Assembly (NCBI GenBank): GCA_963719315.1
Contig: CAVRBU010000020.1
Span: 32,001-96,000, forward strand
Direction: 5' to 3'
DNA from: an uncultured Planctomycetota bacterium
Lineage (GTDB): Bacteria > Planctomycetota > Planctomycetia > Pirellulales > Lacipirellulaceae
DNA length: 64,000 nt
How positions within the stretch are numbered: the first letter of the stretch is position 1; each line of letters begins with the position of its first letter. The notes under the pieces are model-generated. The model was not told where the DNA came from, searched no databases, and saw only the letters and a program-made list of their open reading frames with translations. Both the position numbers and the translations under genes were made by a program. Below are positions 10,183 through 21,732 of this stretch, one piece after another.

Positions 10183-12289
10183 ATGAACCTCGAGGTCGAT
10201 GTTGAACGTCTCCTGTTGGCGCAGAAAGCGGTGCGCGCCGAGCTCCTGGCCGAACGCGCGGCGGGTGGCTATTGGGTGGGGCGGCTAGGCAGTTCGCCCG
10301 TGGCGACCGCTGCGGCCGTGAGCGCGTTGGTGGTCGCCCATCACCAGGATTCGGACGACGCCCTGCAGGAAACGGCCGACGGCGGTCAGGTGATCGAGCA
10401 ATTGATCCAAGGAGACTTGAGCGAACTGATTTTGGAAAGCGTCCAATGGCTGGCCCGCCGTCAGAATGACGACGGCGGCTGGGGCGATTGCGACGGCGCC
10501 GATTCGAATATCGCGGCCACGATGCTCGTTCAGGCCGCGTTTCGGCTAACCGGCATACCGGCAAAGTACGCCGATTTGACGATGCGGGCCGATCAATTCG
10601 TCACCGCCCGAGGGGGCGTGGCCGGTCTGCGACGGCGAATCGGTTGGGACAAAACGTATCTTGCGCCGATCCTGGCGAACTGCGCTGGCCGACATGATCC
10701 CGTGGCGGCAGGTGCCGACGCTGCCTTTCGAATGGTTGTCGTTACCACCGCGCTGGCGGCGTGAGCTTTTAGCGCCGGCGGCTCGATATGCGGCGCCGAT
10801 TGTGATGGCGGTCGGTTTGGCAAAACTTCACAAAGACCCGCCGCGAAATCCGTTGACGCGGCTCGTGCGCCACGGTTTGCGCAAGAAGACGCTGGCATGC
10901 TTGGAGCGTCTACAGGCAGCGGACGACAGCTTCCTGGCCTCGCCGTTCACCACCGCGTTCGTCGTGATGAGTCTCGCCAGCATGGGGTGCCAGGACCATC
11001 CGATTGTGGAGCGCGGCATCGAGTTTTTGTTGACGTCCGTGCGGGCCGATGCGAGTTGGTCGGTGGCGACGAGTTTTGCGACAACGAACACCGCCCGGGC
11101 GGTTGAAAGCCTGGCCGGCGAGCATGTGGCGACGTTGGCAGGCCATGAGAACAGCCCGCGCGGTGAAGACGCTCCATCGGCGCACTGGCAGGAAACGGCC
11201 AGCGCGAATGACACGATCGTGGAGGCCGATCGCAATGCGCTGCATCCGGCGTCGGCCGACGATGTGACCGTCGTAACCGAGCAGTGCGCGGAGTGGCTAT
11301 TGAAGACTCAGCACGCTGCGCCCAGCGAGTTAACGGGCGCCCCTGCGGGCGGATGGGGCGTCAGCGATGCGCCCGGCGGTCCACCGAACACGATCGCTAC
11401 GGCCGGCGCCTTGATGACGCTGGCGCAGGCGTGCCGCCTCGAATCGCCCGATTCGCCACTTAATCGAGCTCATGTGGAGCGCGGCGCCGGCCTCGGCGTG
11501 GGCTGGTTGCTGGAAATGCAAAACGGTAACGGTGGCTGGCCGACGTATTTCCGCAACGACGGCTCGCAGCCGCTGGATTCGAGCGGCATCGACCCGACCG
11601 CAGCGGCGCTTCGGGCACTGGCTGCTTGGCAGCAATTGTGGAAAACTGAATCGCGCCAAGAACTGCAGCCGGCGCAAACTAGCCTGAGCACGCGAATTGG
11701 CTCGGCGATTGGGCGAGCGGTTCAGTATCTGGAATCGCAGCAATGTGAGGATGGCAGGTTTATTGCCCAATGGTTCGGCAACGAACATCAGCAGGAAGAA
11801 CAGAATCCCGTGCTGGGGACGGCCCAAGTCCTGGCGGCGTGTGCGGACCTGGGGCGACTCGATTCGTCGCTGGCCCAGCAGGCGGCCGCGTGGTTGGTGG
11901 CGGCCCAACATTCGGACGGCGGTTGGGGGCCGCCGCGAGCGCCGGTCGATCATTCGGGCGCCGAACGGGCTAGCAATTCTCGGTCGTGGCGCGAGAACGA
12001 TACGTTAGCCAAGTTCTGTAGCATTGAAGAAACGGCGGCGGCCACGAGTTCGCTTTTGCCGCTGGCTGCGGCCGATGGGGCCGCGGCGCGTGGCGTATCG
12101 CGCGGCCTCGTGTGGCTGACCAACGCGGTGGAGCAAGATGGCCATCGACGACCGGCGATCATCGGTTTTTATTTCTCGCGAATATGGTATTATGAGCGGA
12201 TGTACCCGCTGGCATTTGCGGCGGGCGCATTGTCGCGGGCCGTGGGTGCCTTGGCGCCTGCGATGCCGGCAGAAACGCCGGTAAGATAG
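10183..12289 (+). CDS. Squalene-hopene cyclase-like (prenyltransferase repeat) protein, frameshift near 10683, lacks DxDD
   Basis: QW repeats QNDDGGWG, QNGNGGW, QHSDGGWG; C-terminal IGFYFSRIWYYERMYP. Confidence 0.82.
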
Positions 12290-12396
12290 CTGCGAACGAA
12301 TCGGCGTGTGGGACGGTCTCTGGTTTGTGGCGAACCGGGCATGCCGAGCCAACGGAACGCCGGCCGTGTGACGGACGGTCCGGAAAGGTATACGAG

Positions 12397-13568
12397 ATGA
12401 CAGCCGCGCGACAGGACGCGCCTTCGACGGAGCCGCCTCGCTACGCGCATCTGCTGCGCATGGCGCGGCAGATGTTTGAACCCGACGAATTGGAACGGCT
12501 GATCCCGCGGGTTCGCGGAGGCCCGCGTCTGGAAGAGGTCAACGGCGAAGGCGCAGGGGCCCTCGATCCCATCGCGGCAACCGAAGCGATCGCCTATGAT
12601 TTCCTGGCGAAGGGGGGTAAGTACTCGCGGCCATTCATTACGCTTGCCGCCTACGACGCGGTCGCCGGCGGGAACGCCTCGCGGCCGGACGACGGCGGCG
12701 AATGCGATCACCTTTCCGATACTGTCCGCCGTGCGGCGATTTCGATCGAATCGTTTCACAAGGCTTCGCTCGTCCATGATGATATCCAGGACGGCGACGA
12801 ATTCCGCTACGGCCGGCGCACCGTGCACGTCGAACACGGAGTGCCGACGGCGATTAACGTCGGCGATTATTTGATCGGCCTCGGCTATCGGCTCGTCAGC
12901 CGCGACACGGAGGCGCTCGGCGCTTCGACCGCGGCCGATATCCTCAACAAATTGGCCGACGCGCACACCAAGCTTAGCGAAGGGCAGGGGGCTGAACTCG
13001 TCTGGCGCGACAACCGCGACAAACGCCTCGCGCCGGATGAAGCCTTGAAAATTTACGCACTCAAAACGGCGCCGGCGTTCGAGGCCGCGCTGTATTGCGG
13101 GTTGCGGCTTGCCGGGCCGGCCGACAAGTATGCCGAGCCCGTTACGCAGCTAGCGCGGCATTTGGGGATCGCGTTTCAGATTCTCAATGACTTGCAAGAT
13201 TGGCAGGGCGACGACTTCAACAAGCTTACGCTGGGGGGCGATGTGCTGGGAGGTCGTCCGACGGTGCTCTGGGCGCTGGCGCTCGAAGGCCTCGCAGCCG
13301 ACGACCGGTGCGAGTTGGAGCAGCTTGTTGCCGAGGGAGATGCGACGCCCGCCGTATTCAAGCAAATTCGCGCCTGTTCCAACAGGCCGGCGCGTTCGAG
13401 AAAGCGCTCAAGTTTGTTCATGAGCATCGCCAAAAAGCGGTGCGCGTGGCCGACAATTTGGCGCCGGAGAGCCTCCGGCGTCTGGCCCACCACTTGATTG
13501 ACACGGTCTTGCAGCAGCCTGCCGCGACTAGCGCCGCCTGTCGCCCCTTGGCCGTCCCCGCCCGGTGA
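12397..13568 (+). CDS. Polyprenyl synthetase, frameshift near 13370
   Basis: GGKYSRP, FHKASLVHDDIQD, AINVGD, SEGQ, LKT, FQILNDLQD. Confidence 0.88.
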
Positions 13569-14134
13569 CTGATCCCGCCCAACTTACCTCCGAAGCGGAC
13601 TTGTTTTCCCGCAGCGCGTCGCGGTTGGCGACGTTGTTCTATGCCAGTCTAAGCATGTTGGGCCAGTTCGAGCCCGTGGCTGTCGATCTATTGCCGGCCG
13701 AACATCGAACGCTGCTCGCACACAACGATCACATGACCGTGGCGTTGGAATTGTTCCACAAATCGCCCGTTTCGGTCGAGGCGGTGGCCGAATGGCGGGA
13801 CGAAGCGAGCTACGCCCGTACGAGCCTCTTGCGTCGCCAAACGGACGGCGCGGTCGTACAATTCGGAATGATGCGGATTTGGCTCGCCGACCTGCCGGCA
13901 GCCGCCCAAGAAGAAATCGCGAACAAACGGGTCCCGCTGGGGCGGGTGCTGATCGAGCATAATCTGCTGCGGGAGGTGGAGCTGATCACACTGTGGAGAA
14001 TCACCCCAGGGCCGGTGTTGGAGCAATATCTTGGAGCAAGCCGCAAGGCACCGATTTACGGACGGACGGCGCAAATACTCGTGGACGAGCGGCCAACGGT
14101 GCAATTGTTGGAGATTGTAAAGTTGCCGGCGTAA
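13565..14134 (+). CDS. Hypothetical protein, chorismate lyase/UTRA-like fold
   Basis: LLAHNDHMTVALE, PLGRVLIEH, YGRTAQI; overlaps the upstream stop (GTGA). Confidence 0.6.
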   Translation: MTDPAQLTSEADLFSRSASRLATLFYASLSMLGQFEPVAVDLLPAEHRTLLAHNDHMTVALELFHKSPVSVEAVAEWRDEASYARTSLLRRQTDGAVVQFGMMRIWLADLPAAAQEEIANKRVPLGRVLIEHNLLREVELITLWRITPGPVLEQYLGASRKAPIYGRTAQILVDERPTVQLLEIVKLPA

Positions 14135-14233
14135 CATTGAATATTAACCACGGAGACACGAAGAACACTGAGAAGAATCAATGGAAATGGTTTTGAACAA
14201 GAGGTATCAGGGTCAATAGAAGATCGAATCGAT

Positions 14234-14338
14234 TCAACCCTTACAGGGTATTGCGTCGGCGCGCATCCCAGGTACCCAGGGTAGCCATCGCTGCGCTCAG
14301 GCAACCCTGGAATGAAAGATGTAACACCTTCGGTGTAT
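14234..14338. repeat. Multi-hairpin palindromic intergenic element
   Basis: ACCCTTACAGGGT, CCAGGGTAGCC...GGCAACCCTGG and ACACCTTCGGTGT hairpins. Confidence 0.5.
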
Positions 14339-14404
14339 CGATCGGGATCAGCCGATCTTGACAGGGAAGATACTCTTGAGCCGTTCCTAAAAGTGATGGA
14401 TGCA

Positions 14405-15670
14405 ATGATAACTTCAGCCACGCAGTACGACTGCATCGTGATCGGCGGCGGGCCGGGTGGGTCGACCACGGCGGCGCTGGTGGCAGATGCCGGATATCGC
14501 GTGCTGCTATTGGAGCGCGATCTCGAACCGCGCCGCAAAGTCGGTGAGTCGTTGATGCCCGAGACGTATTGGGTCTTCGAGCGGCTGGGCGTGCTGGATG
14601 GCTTGAAGAGCGGGCCGTTCGTCGAAAAGGTCGGCGTGCAATTCGTCAGTAGCAGCGGCAAGGAGTCGTCGCCGTTTTTGTTCACGCGGCACGATCCGCG
14701 GGCGTGCGGCCGAACCTGGCACGTGGAGCGGGTGAAGTTCGATCAATTTCTGCTCGATAACGCGGCCAAAAAAGCCGAAGTCCATCGCGGTGCGCGTGTG
14801 TTAGACGTTGTTTTCGAAGGCGAGCGAGCCGTTGGCGTCCGATTGTCTGGCGACGACGCTGGGGCGAATGTGGATGGAGGCCAACTTATCCGGGCCAAAG
14901 TTATCGTGGATGCGAGCGGTCAAGCAGGGATTCTCGGCACCCGCTTCGCGCAACGCCAACCCAATCCGAAGTTTCGCAAAGCCGCCATCTGGGGCCACTT
15001 CCGCGGCTCGCGCCGCGATGTGATTGATAACGGCGTCATGACGGTGTGCCTCCGTTCGCAATCGGATCGATCCTGGTTTTGGCACATTCCGCTGTCGAAC
15101 GACGTGGTGAGCATCGGTTGTGTGAGCGATGCCGAGTATCTCTTCCGCCCCGGCGGCGGCACGCCGGACGAATTATTCGCGGCCGAGGTGGCCGACTGCC
15201 CGGCGATGGCGCAGCGGCTCGCGGGCGCGGAAAAGGTCGCGGGGCTGGACGTCGTGAAAGAATATTCGTACACCACGGGCCGCTCGTCCGGCGATGGCTG
15301 GGTGCTCGTCGGCGATGCGTGGGGCTTTATCGACCCGATTTATTCCTCCGGTGTGTGGTTCGCGCTCAAGAGCGGCCAACTCGCGGCCGATGCGATTATC
15401 GAAGGCCTTAAGAGTGGCGACACGTCCGAAGCCCAGCTCGGCAAATGGGTGCCCGATTTCGCCCGCGGCACGACGTGGGTCCGCAAGCTGGCCGAGGCGT
15501 GGTACTGCGGGCAGTTCCGTGTCGGCAAGTTCATCCGCGAGTATCCACAGCACGTGGGGCCGATGACGGACATTCTCATCGGGCGTATTTTCCAGCCCGA
15601 CGCGGGTAAGATCTTCGATGACCTCGACCCCTGGCTGGAACGGATGAAGACGGAAGGCGTGACGAGTTGA
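14405..15670 (+). CDS. Flavin-dependent halogenase-like oxidoreductase
   Basis: GGGPGG, KVGESL, WFWHIP (WxWxIP), VGDAWGFIDPIYSSG. Confidence 0.82.
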   Translation: MITSATQYDCIVIGGGPGGSTTAALVADAGYRVLLLERDLEPRRKVGESLMPETYWVFERLGVLDGLKSGPFVEKVGVQFVSSSGKESSPFLFTRHDPRACGRTWHVERVKFDQFLLDNAAKKAEVHRGARVLDVVFEGERAVGVRLSGDDAGANVDGGQLIRAKVIVDASGQAGILGTRFAQRQPNPKFRKAAIWGHFRGSRRDVIDNGVMTVCLRSQSDRSWFWHIPLSNDVVSIGCVSDAEYLFRPGGGTPDELFAAEVADCPAMAQRLAGAEKVAGLDVVKEYSYTTGRSSGDGWVLVGDAWGFIDPIYSSGVWFALKSGQLAADAIIEGLKSGDTSEAQLGKWVPDFARGTTWVRKLAEAWYCGQFRVGKFIREYPQHVGPMTDILIGRIFQPDAGKIFDDLDPWLERMKTEGVTS

Positions 15671-15790
15671 GGGTTGAGGGTTGAGGGTTGAAGAGTTGAA
15701 GAGTTGAGGGGCGAGGGGCGGCCGAATGAGGCGTCCGGAAGTAGACTAAAGTACGATTGGCCATCGACTCTAGGCCCTCGACCCTCGACC
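15668..15790. repeat. Inverted heptamer tandem repeats (GAGGGTT/CCCTCGA)
   Basis: TGAGGGTTGAGGGTTGAGGGTTGAAGAGTTG...CCCTCGACCCTCGACC; similar at 17872-17935, 22007-22095, 45218-45325. Confidence 0.7.
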
Positions 15791-15795
15791 TTCTT

Positions 15796-17103
15796 ATGCG
15801 CATCGCATATATCACCGCTGGGGCGGCTGGCATGTACTGCGGCAGTTGTCTGCACGACAACACGCTCGCTGCCGCACTGCTGGAGTTGGGCGAGGATGTG
15901 CTGCTCGTGCCCACGTACACGCCGCTGCGCACCGACGAGACCGACGTTAGCATCAAGCGGGTGTTCTTCGGGGGCATCAATGTTTACTTGCAGGAGAAGC
16001 TGCCGCTGTTCCGACACACGCCGTGGTGGTTCGATCGGCTGCTCGATAACCCCGCGCTGTTAGAGCGATTGGCGCGTCGGGCGTCGAGCGTCGATCCCAC
16101 GCAGCTCGGCGGTTTGACCGTGTCGATGCTCCGCGGCGAGGCAGGCCATCAGCGCAAGGAACTCGAAAAACTGGTCCATTGGCTGCTCACCGAGGTGCAG
16201 CCGGAAATCGTGCATTTGTCGAACTCCATGCAAATCGGCATGGCGCGGTTGATACGGGAACGCGGCGGCCCGCCGGTCGTGTGCCAACTTTCGGGCGAAG
16301 ACCTGTTCCTCGAAAAGTTGCCGCCGCCGTATTACGAAGAAGCGCGGGCACACTTGCGCGAGCGCGCGGCTGATGTCGACGCGTTCGTAGCGCTCAACCG
16401 CTACTATGCGGTTTTCATGGCGGATTATCTGGCCGTTGATCGGACGCGGGTGCACGTAATTCCGCACGGTTTGAACCTGGATGGCCATGCCAGGCGTCAA
16501 CCCCCGGCGGAATCGGGCGTTCATCGCGACATGCCGCGCGTGATCGGTTTCTTCGCCCGAATCTGCGAGGATAAAGGATTGCATCAATTGGTGGAGGCCT
16601 GCGAATTATTAGCGACACGCGGCGACTTGCCGCCGTTTGTTCTCCACGCCGCCGGTTACCTTGGCGACGGCGACAGACCCTATCTTGCCGCACTCGAAGC
16701 CCAAACTGCCGCCGGCCCACTGGCCGGCAGGTTCCGGTACATGGGCGAGCTCGATCGTGCCCAAAAAATCGCGTTCCTGCAATCGCTCGATCTAATGAGT
16801 ACGCCGACCGTGTATCGCGAATCGAAGGGCTTACCCGCACTCGAGGCCATGGCCAATGCAGTGCCCGTTGTCTTGCCCGACCATGGGAGTTTCTCGGAGA
16901 TGGTTGCCGACACCGGCGGCGGCCTGCTGCATCGACCCCACGACGCGGCCGACTTGGCCGATAAATTGGCTGAACTACTCAGCGATTCGGTGCGAGCCTC
17001 GCAGTTCGGCCTCGCTGGGCAGCAGGCAGTTCAGGATCGTTACAACGCCGCAGCGATGGCGCGGCAGACGCGCGAGTTATACGAAAGGTTTATCTCTAGG
17101 TAG
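15796..17103 (+). CDS. GT4 family glycosyltransferase
   Basis: MRIAYITAGAAGMYCGSC, EDKGL, ESKGLPALEAMA. Confidence 0.9.
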   Translation: MRIAYITAGAAGMYCGSCLHDNTLAAALLELGEDVLLVPTYTPLRTDETDVSIKRVFFGGINVYLQEKLPLFRHTPWWFDRLLDNPALLERLARRASSVDPTQLGGLTVSMLRGEAGHQRKELEKLVHWLLTEVQPEIVHLSNSMQIGMARLIRERGGPPVVCQLSGEDLFLEKLPPPYYEEARAHLRERAADVDAFVALNRYYAVFMADYLAVDRTRVHVIPHGLNLDGHARRQPPAESGVHRDMPRVIGFFARICEDKGLHQLVEACELLATRGDLPPFVLHAAGYLGDGDRPYLAALEAQTAAGPLAGRFRYMGELDRAQKIAFLQSLDLMSTPTVYRESKGLPALEAMANAVPVVLPDHGSFSEMVADTGGGLLHRPHDAADLADKLAELLSDSVRASQFGLAGQQAVQDRYNAAAMARQTRELYERFISR

Positions 17104-17592
17104 GTGTTTAGTCCCATTGTATGCTGTCAATGAGTTGGACTGTGAAACAAGGGTGTAAACGATGACGAACATGTTGGCTGGATCATTGCGGCATTAGGCG
17201 TTTACAACGCTGCGGCCTTAGCGAGCGGCGTGCATCGCGTGCTGATTTCGCCTGACAAAGCGGTGGTGTACCTAACGTCGCACGAGGTGAATGTTAGCCG
17301 CAATGTCGCCGATGGCAGCCCAATGTACGAAGTAAGCTTGCCTCTCAAAAAATTCCCGTTTGATGCGCAGTTGCAACAGGACCATCGATCTGACCTGCTT
17401 TGGGTTTCCTCCGTAAACTTGCTCCTGACGGCGGCATTATTTCGAGCCAGTCGTTCCAAAGCGACGCCTGTAAAACCCTTCACAATACTGGGGAAACGAG
17501 GAGAACCGTCCCTTGGCGGCCCGCCCGTACTCCGCTAAAATACAAGGCTCAAATTTGGGTCTGACGCAAAACAAATTTTTCGGGATTTCGAA

Positions 17593-17868
17593 ATGCCGCC
17601 GTATCAAAACGACCGCAACGATCGTAACAAACGCAATAAGGTTGCCAAGAAGCCCAACAAGCGCGATCCGATTTATGTCGAGGGCCAGGCGCCGCGGCCG
17701 ATGTATGTCGATTACAAGGACCTCGATTTGTTGACGAAGCTCACTAATCGGCACGGCCGGATCGTGAGCCGTCGCAAGACGGGTTGCCACGCGGCGAGCC
17801 AGCACGCGGTCGCGCGGGCGATCAAGCGGGCACGGTTCATGGCACTGCTGCCGTATGTGGGCGACTGA
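17593..17868 (+). CDS. rpsR: 30S ribosomal protein S18
   Basis: [32 protein letters not shown]. Confidence 0.95.
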   Translation: MPPYQNDRNDRNKRNKVAKKPNKRDPIYVEGQAPRPMYVDYKDLDLLTKLTNRHGRIVSRRKTGCHAASQHAVARAIKRARFMALLPYVGD

Positions 17869-17951
17869 ATTGGTCGAGAGTCTAGGGTCAAGCGTCGAGA
17901 GCCAGAAATATTCTGGCTCTCGACGCTTGACACTCCGCTCTTGTCTTCCCC

Positions 17952-18374
17952 ATGCCCACTCCCTTCCACACCACCCGGTTCGTCGAGTTTGCTGATACCG
18001 ACATGGCCGGGATCATGCACTTTTCGGCATTCTTTCGGTTCATGGAAGCGGCAGAGCACGCGCTGCTGCGGAGCCTCGGGTTCAGCGTGTTTTCGGAAGT
18101 CGGGAAAGAAGTGATTACGTTTCCGCGGGTGGCGGCGTCCTGCGAGTATCATTCGCCGGCGCGGTGCGAGGAAGTGCTCGATATCGACGTCACGGTCAAT
18201 CGCGTTGGCACCAAGAGCGTGACGTACGGTTTCGCGTTTTCGTACAAGGGCCGCGACGTGGCGACCGGCCAAATGACAAGCGTCTGCTGCCGCATACCGC
18301 ACGGCGGTACGCCCGTGTCGATTGCCATCCCTGATGAAATGGGCGACAAGCTACGCAAAATGGCGGCCAGTTAG
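17952..18374 (+). CDS. Acyl-CoA thioesterase (4-HBT/YbgC family)
   Basis: VEFADTDMAGIMHFSAFFRFME. Confidence 0.88.
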   Translation: MPTPFHTTRFVEFADTDMAGIMHFSAFFRFMEAAEHALLRSLGFSVFSEVGKEVITFPRVAASCEYHSPARCEEVLDIDVTVNRVGTKSVTYGFAFSYKGRDVATGQMTSVCCRIPHGGTPVSIAIPDEMGDKLRKMAAS

Positions 18375-18401
18375 CGAAGCGGGTGGCATGCGTTCAAGCA
18401 A

Positions 18402-18486
18402 GTAGGTCCCGCTTGCCGAGCGGGACCTTAGGAGTGTTGTGCAAGACGTGTTTACGCTTAGGTCCCTTCCGGCAGAAGGGACCTAC
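18402..18486. repeat. REP doublet, family A, copy 2
   Basis: GTAGGTCCCGCTTGCCGAGCGGGACCT...AGGTCCCTTCCGGCAGAAGGGACCTAC. Confidence 0.85.
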
Positions 18487-18614
18487 TGGACATCTTTGTG
18501 GCGTTCCTAGCATGCTCACGCGACTGCGTCGCGAGAGCATGGCACCTAAGTTAGAGCATGTCACCCTCGGAGGTACATGCCCAACAACACGTTGGTCCAC
18601 TACAATGGATCGGA

Positions 18615-19310
18615 ATGGAAAGCCAATCTGAAGCCGCCGAGCTTGTTGTCGAGAACATCGTTAAGGAATACGCGACTCCGGCCGAGCCGTTGCGGATTCT
18701 GTCGGGCGTGTCGTTTTCGCTGCGGCGGGGGGAGAATCTCGCGATCTTGGGGCCGAGCGGTTCGGGCAAGAGCACGCTGCTCTCGATTCTGGGCACGCTG
18801 GAGCCGCCGACATCGGGTCGGGTGCTGCTGGCACGCGAGGATCCGTTCAAACTCAAGGAAGCGGAGTTGGCCGAGTTTCGGCTCGAGAACGTGGGGTTCG
18901 TGTTTCAAGAGCATCATCTGCTGCCGCAGTGTACGGTCTTGGAAAATGTGCTGGTGCCGTTCTTGGCGGATGGAGCGGCCTCGCCGGACGATCAACGGCG
19001 GGCTGCCGATTTGTTGGGCCGCGTCGGGCTTGCCGAGCGGTTGACGCACCGGCCGGCCGAGCTTTCGGGCGGCGAGCGGCAACGTGTGGCCATCGCGCGG
19101 GCGCTGGTGCGCGAGCCGACGCTGCTGTTGGCCGACGAGCCGACCGGCAATCTCGATCGCACCACTGCCGGTTCGATCGCCAACTTGCTGCTCGAACTCC
19201 AGGTCGAGCACAATGCGATTCTGGTTATCGTCACGCATAATGAGGCTTTGGCGGCATCGCTCCAACGCCGCATGGAGCTGGATTCGGGACGACTCGTGCC
19301 CGTGGCGTGA
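18615..19310 (+). CDS. ABC transporter ATP-binding protein (LolD/MacB-like)
   Basis: GPSGSGKST, LSGGERQRVA, LLADEPTGNLD. Confidence 0.92.
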   Translation: MESQSEAAELVVENIVKEYATPAEPLRILSGVSFSLRRGENLAILGPSGSGKSTLLSILGTLEPPTSGRVLLAREDPFKLKEAELAEFRLENVGFVFQEHHLLPQCTVLENVLVPFLADGAASPDDQRRAADLLGRVGLAERLTHRPAELSGGERQRVAIARALVREPTLLLADEPTGNLDRTTAGSIANLLLELQVEHNAILVIVTHNEALAASLQRRMELDSGRLVPVA

Positions 19311-19447
19311 TTGAATTGCTTAGTTATTCAGCGGACAATTGAGTTGTACGCCACTGTGGGAGAGGCGTCTCGGACGCCGATTTCGTGCGACGATTGTGGA
19401 GTCTCTTCGGCCTCAGAGAGTCCTCCCACAAAAAGCACGGCTGCACT

Positions 19448-21103
19448 ATGAAAATCACCACCATCCCGAACGTGTATCGAAATGTGAATCGCTGGGGAGA
19501 AATTCTCACGATTCTCAGCAAGTACGGGTTGGCCGATTGGGTGAGTCGCTTCGATTTGCCCTTGGTAAAGGGTTTTCTCAAAAATCGCGACGGCGAGAAG
19601 CTGGCCCATCTGAGTCGCGAAACGCGAATCCGGATGGCGATCGAGGAGCTGGGGCCGGCGTTCATCAAGTTCGGCCAAATCCTGAGTACGCGACCCGACC
19701 AGGTCGGCATGCCACTTGCGCAGGAGTTGCAGAAACTGCAGACGAGCGTCGCCTGCGACGAGCCGAAGGTCGTGCGCGAAACGATCGAGTCGGAGCTCGA
19801 GCAATCGTTGGAGATGCTGTTCGCCGACTTCGACACCACGCCGCTGGCCTCGGCATCGATTGGCCAGGCGCATCGGGCGCGGCTACACGCCGGCGACGAC
19901 GTGGTGGTGAAAGTGCAGCACGCCGGCATCCGCCGCCGGATGGAAGTCGATCTCGATATCCTCGGCGGCCTGGCACAGTTGGCGGAAAAACTACCGGAGT
20001 TGCAATCGTATCGGCCACAAGCGACGGTGGCCGAGTTTCGCCGCGTCGTGCGTCGCGAGTTCGATTTCGCGCGAGGCCCGCAACTTGCAGCAGTTCAAGC
20101 GGAACTTCGCCCGTGCGCCGCATGTGCGCATTCCGCGGCTGTATCCCGACCTATCGACCGGTCGCGTGATGACGATGGAGTGGCTCGATGGCGCCCGGCT
20201 TTGCGACCCGGCTGTGCGGAAAATGCCTAATATCGACCTGAGGCAGGTCACGCGCCACGGCGCGGAAATGTACCTGGAGATGATTTTTCATCACGGCTTC
20301 TATCACGGCGATCCGCACCCGGGGAACCTCGTCGTGCTCCCCGATGGGGCGATCGGGCTGTTGGACTTCGGCATGGTCGCGCGGCTGGATGAGCAGCTTC
20401 GCGAAGATATCGAAGACATGCTGATCGCGATCGTGTCGCAGGATTCGCAGCAGTTGACTTCGCTTGTGATGCGGCTAGGGGCCGTGCCGCCGGGGTTGGA
20501 CGAGCCGTCCTTAAGCGTCGATCTGGCCGAATTCGTCAATCACTACGCAAATCAGCCAGTCGACGCGTTCGATCTGGCCGTGCGCTGAGCGAAATGATCG
20601 AAATCGTGCAGCGGTATCGAATTGCGCTCGCGCCCTCGATGGCGATGCTCATCAAAGTGCTGGTGATGCTCGAAGGCACGGCCCGAATGCTCGAACCGAA
20701 CTTCAGCCTGATGGAACTGATTCAGCCCTACCAGAAGAAGATGCTCCGCCGCCGGCTGTCGCCCGCGCGGCAGATGCGGAAAGTGCGGCGGATATATTCC
20801 GAAATGGAAAAACTGGCCGAGGTGTTGCCGCGGCGGCTGCGTGATATTTTGCAGCAGGTCGAGAGCGGCAAATTCGACGTGCACCTCGATCACCGCGGAT
20901 TAGAGCCGTCGGTGAACCGGCTGGTGCTGGGGTTGCTAACGAGCTCGTTGTTCTTGGGCTCGTCTCTATTGATCAGTCGGAATGTGTGGGCCTTTCGCGA
21001 TGCGTCGGTGCCGGGCACGTTGGGTGTGATGCTGAGCGCCTTTTTGGGCTGGCGCCTGCTGCGGGCGATCGGCAAATCGGGCCGGCTCGACCGACGGAAG
21101 TAA
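19448..21103 (+). CDS. AarF/UbiB (ABC1) kinase family protein, frameshifts near 20075 and 20582
   Basis: ELGPAFIKFGQILSTRPD, ASASIGQAH, VKVQ, HGDPHPGN, LDFGM spread over three consecutive frames. Confidence 0.88.
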
Positions 21104-21223
21104 CCACTAGTCAGGCCGTGCCTGACGATACCGCTCCATGGATTCCGAGAACATCAGGCGTAACCTGACCTGTTGAACTGAATTTTTGCGAATTCAGCTA
21201 CCTACGGTCGGCGGCGTCGCGCT

Positions 21224-21418
21224 CTACGCGCCGACGCTTTGTTTGCTCGAGTGCATGCCGCGGAGCTCTTCGAGCTCGACCGTCAGGCGATGACGCAACG
21301 GGCTTTCCGGACGCAGCTCATCCAGCAGTTCTTCTGCGCGGTCAAAAGTGGCCGACTCGAACGTCGATCCTTTGAACATCTGACCCCAACTTCGGGCAAC
21401 TTCTTGCTCGGTTAACAA
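21224..21418 (-). CDS. Small helical hypothetical protein (64 aa), divergent from the WXG100 operon
   Basis: AAGGAG RBS then TTG; LLDELRPESPLRHRLTVELEELR. Confidence 0.7.
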   Translation of the reverse strand: MLTEQEVARSWGQMFKGSTFESATFDRAEELLDELRPESPLRHRLTVELEELRGMHSSKQSVGA

Positions 21419-21596
21419 GGCTGAACTCCTTAAAGTGCAGGGACAACTCGACCACTCAACCTTTGAGCGATTGACCTCCAACTTGATTGTACGTATTCCG
21501 GCGACCGGCTGCCAAGTGTTCAGCACAATCGGTGAGGCGGAGAGCATAGCGAATGTTCGGCAGACTGGAATGTCGAACCGAGGCGGGCAGCTATCG

Positions 21597-21626
21597 TTTA
21601 CGGGGATTTTGGTGACAAGGTATAAT
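21597..21626 (+). promoter_or_regulatory. Candidate sigma70 promoter of the WXG100 operon
   Basis: TTTACG-18 bp-TATAAT, about 105 bp upstream of ATG 21733. Confidence 0.5.
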
Positions 21627-21732
21627 AAACAGGGGGCAGCGGCGGCGGTGTGTCCTTTTCGTAACTCCAAGCGGCCCGCCAAGTTGGCGTGGCCGGTGGA
21701 ACGAGTTGCCGAATTTTTAGTGAGGCCAGATT

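Noticed and set aside
17161..17538. ORFs between the GT4 gene and rpsR
   Set aside because: No recognisable motif or convincing start on either strand; at most a gene fragment.
17593..17868. rpsR outside the rpsF-ssb-rpsR operon and lacking an N-terminal CxxC
   Set aside because: Dispersed ribosomal genes and zinc-free S18 variants are well known.
2111..18486. Repeat-spacer-repeat units as possible CRISPR
   Set aside because: The repeats are inverted and dispersed rather than tandem direct repeats, and there are no cas genes.
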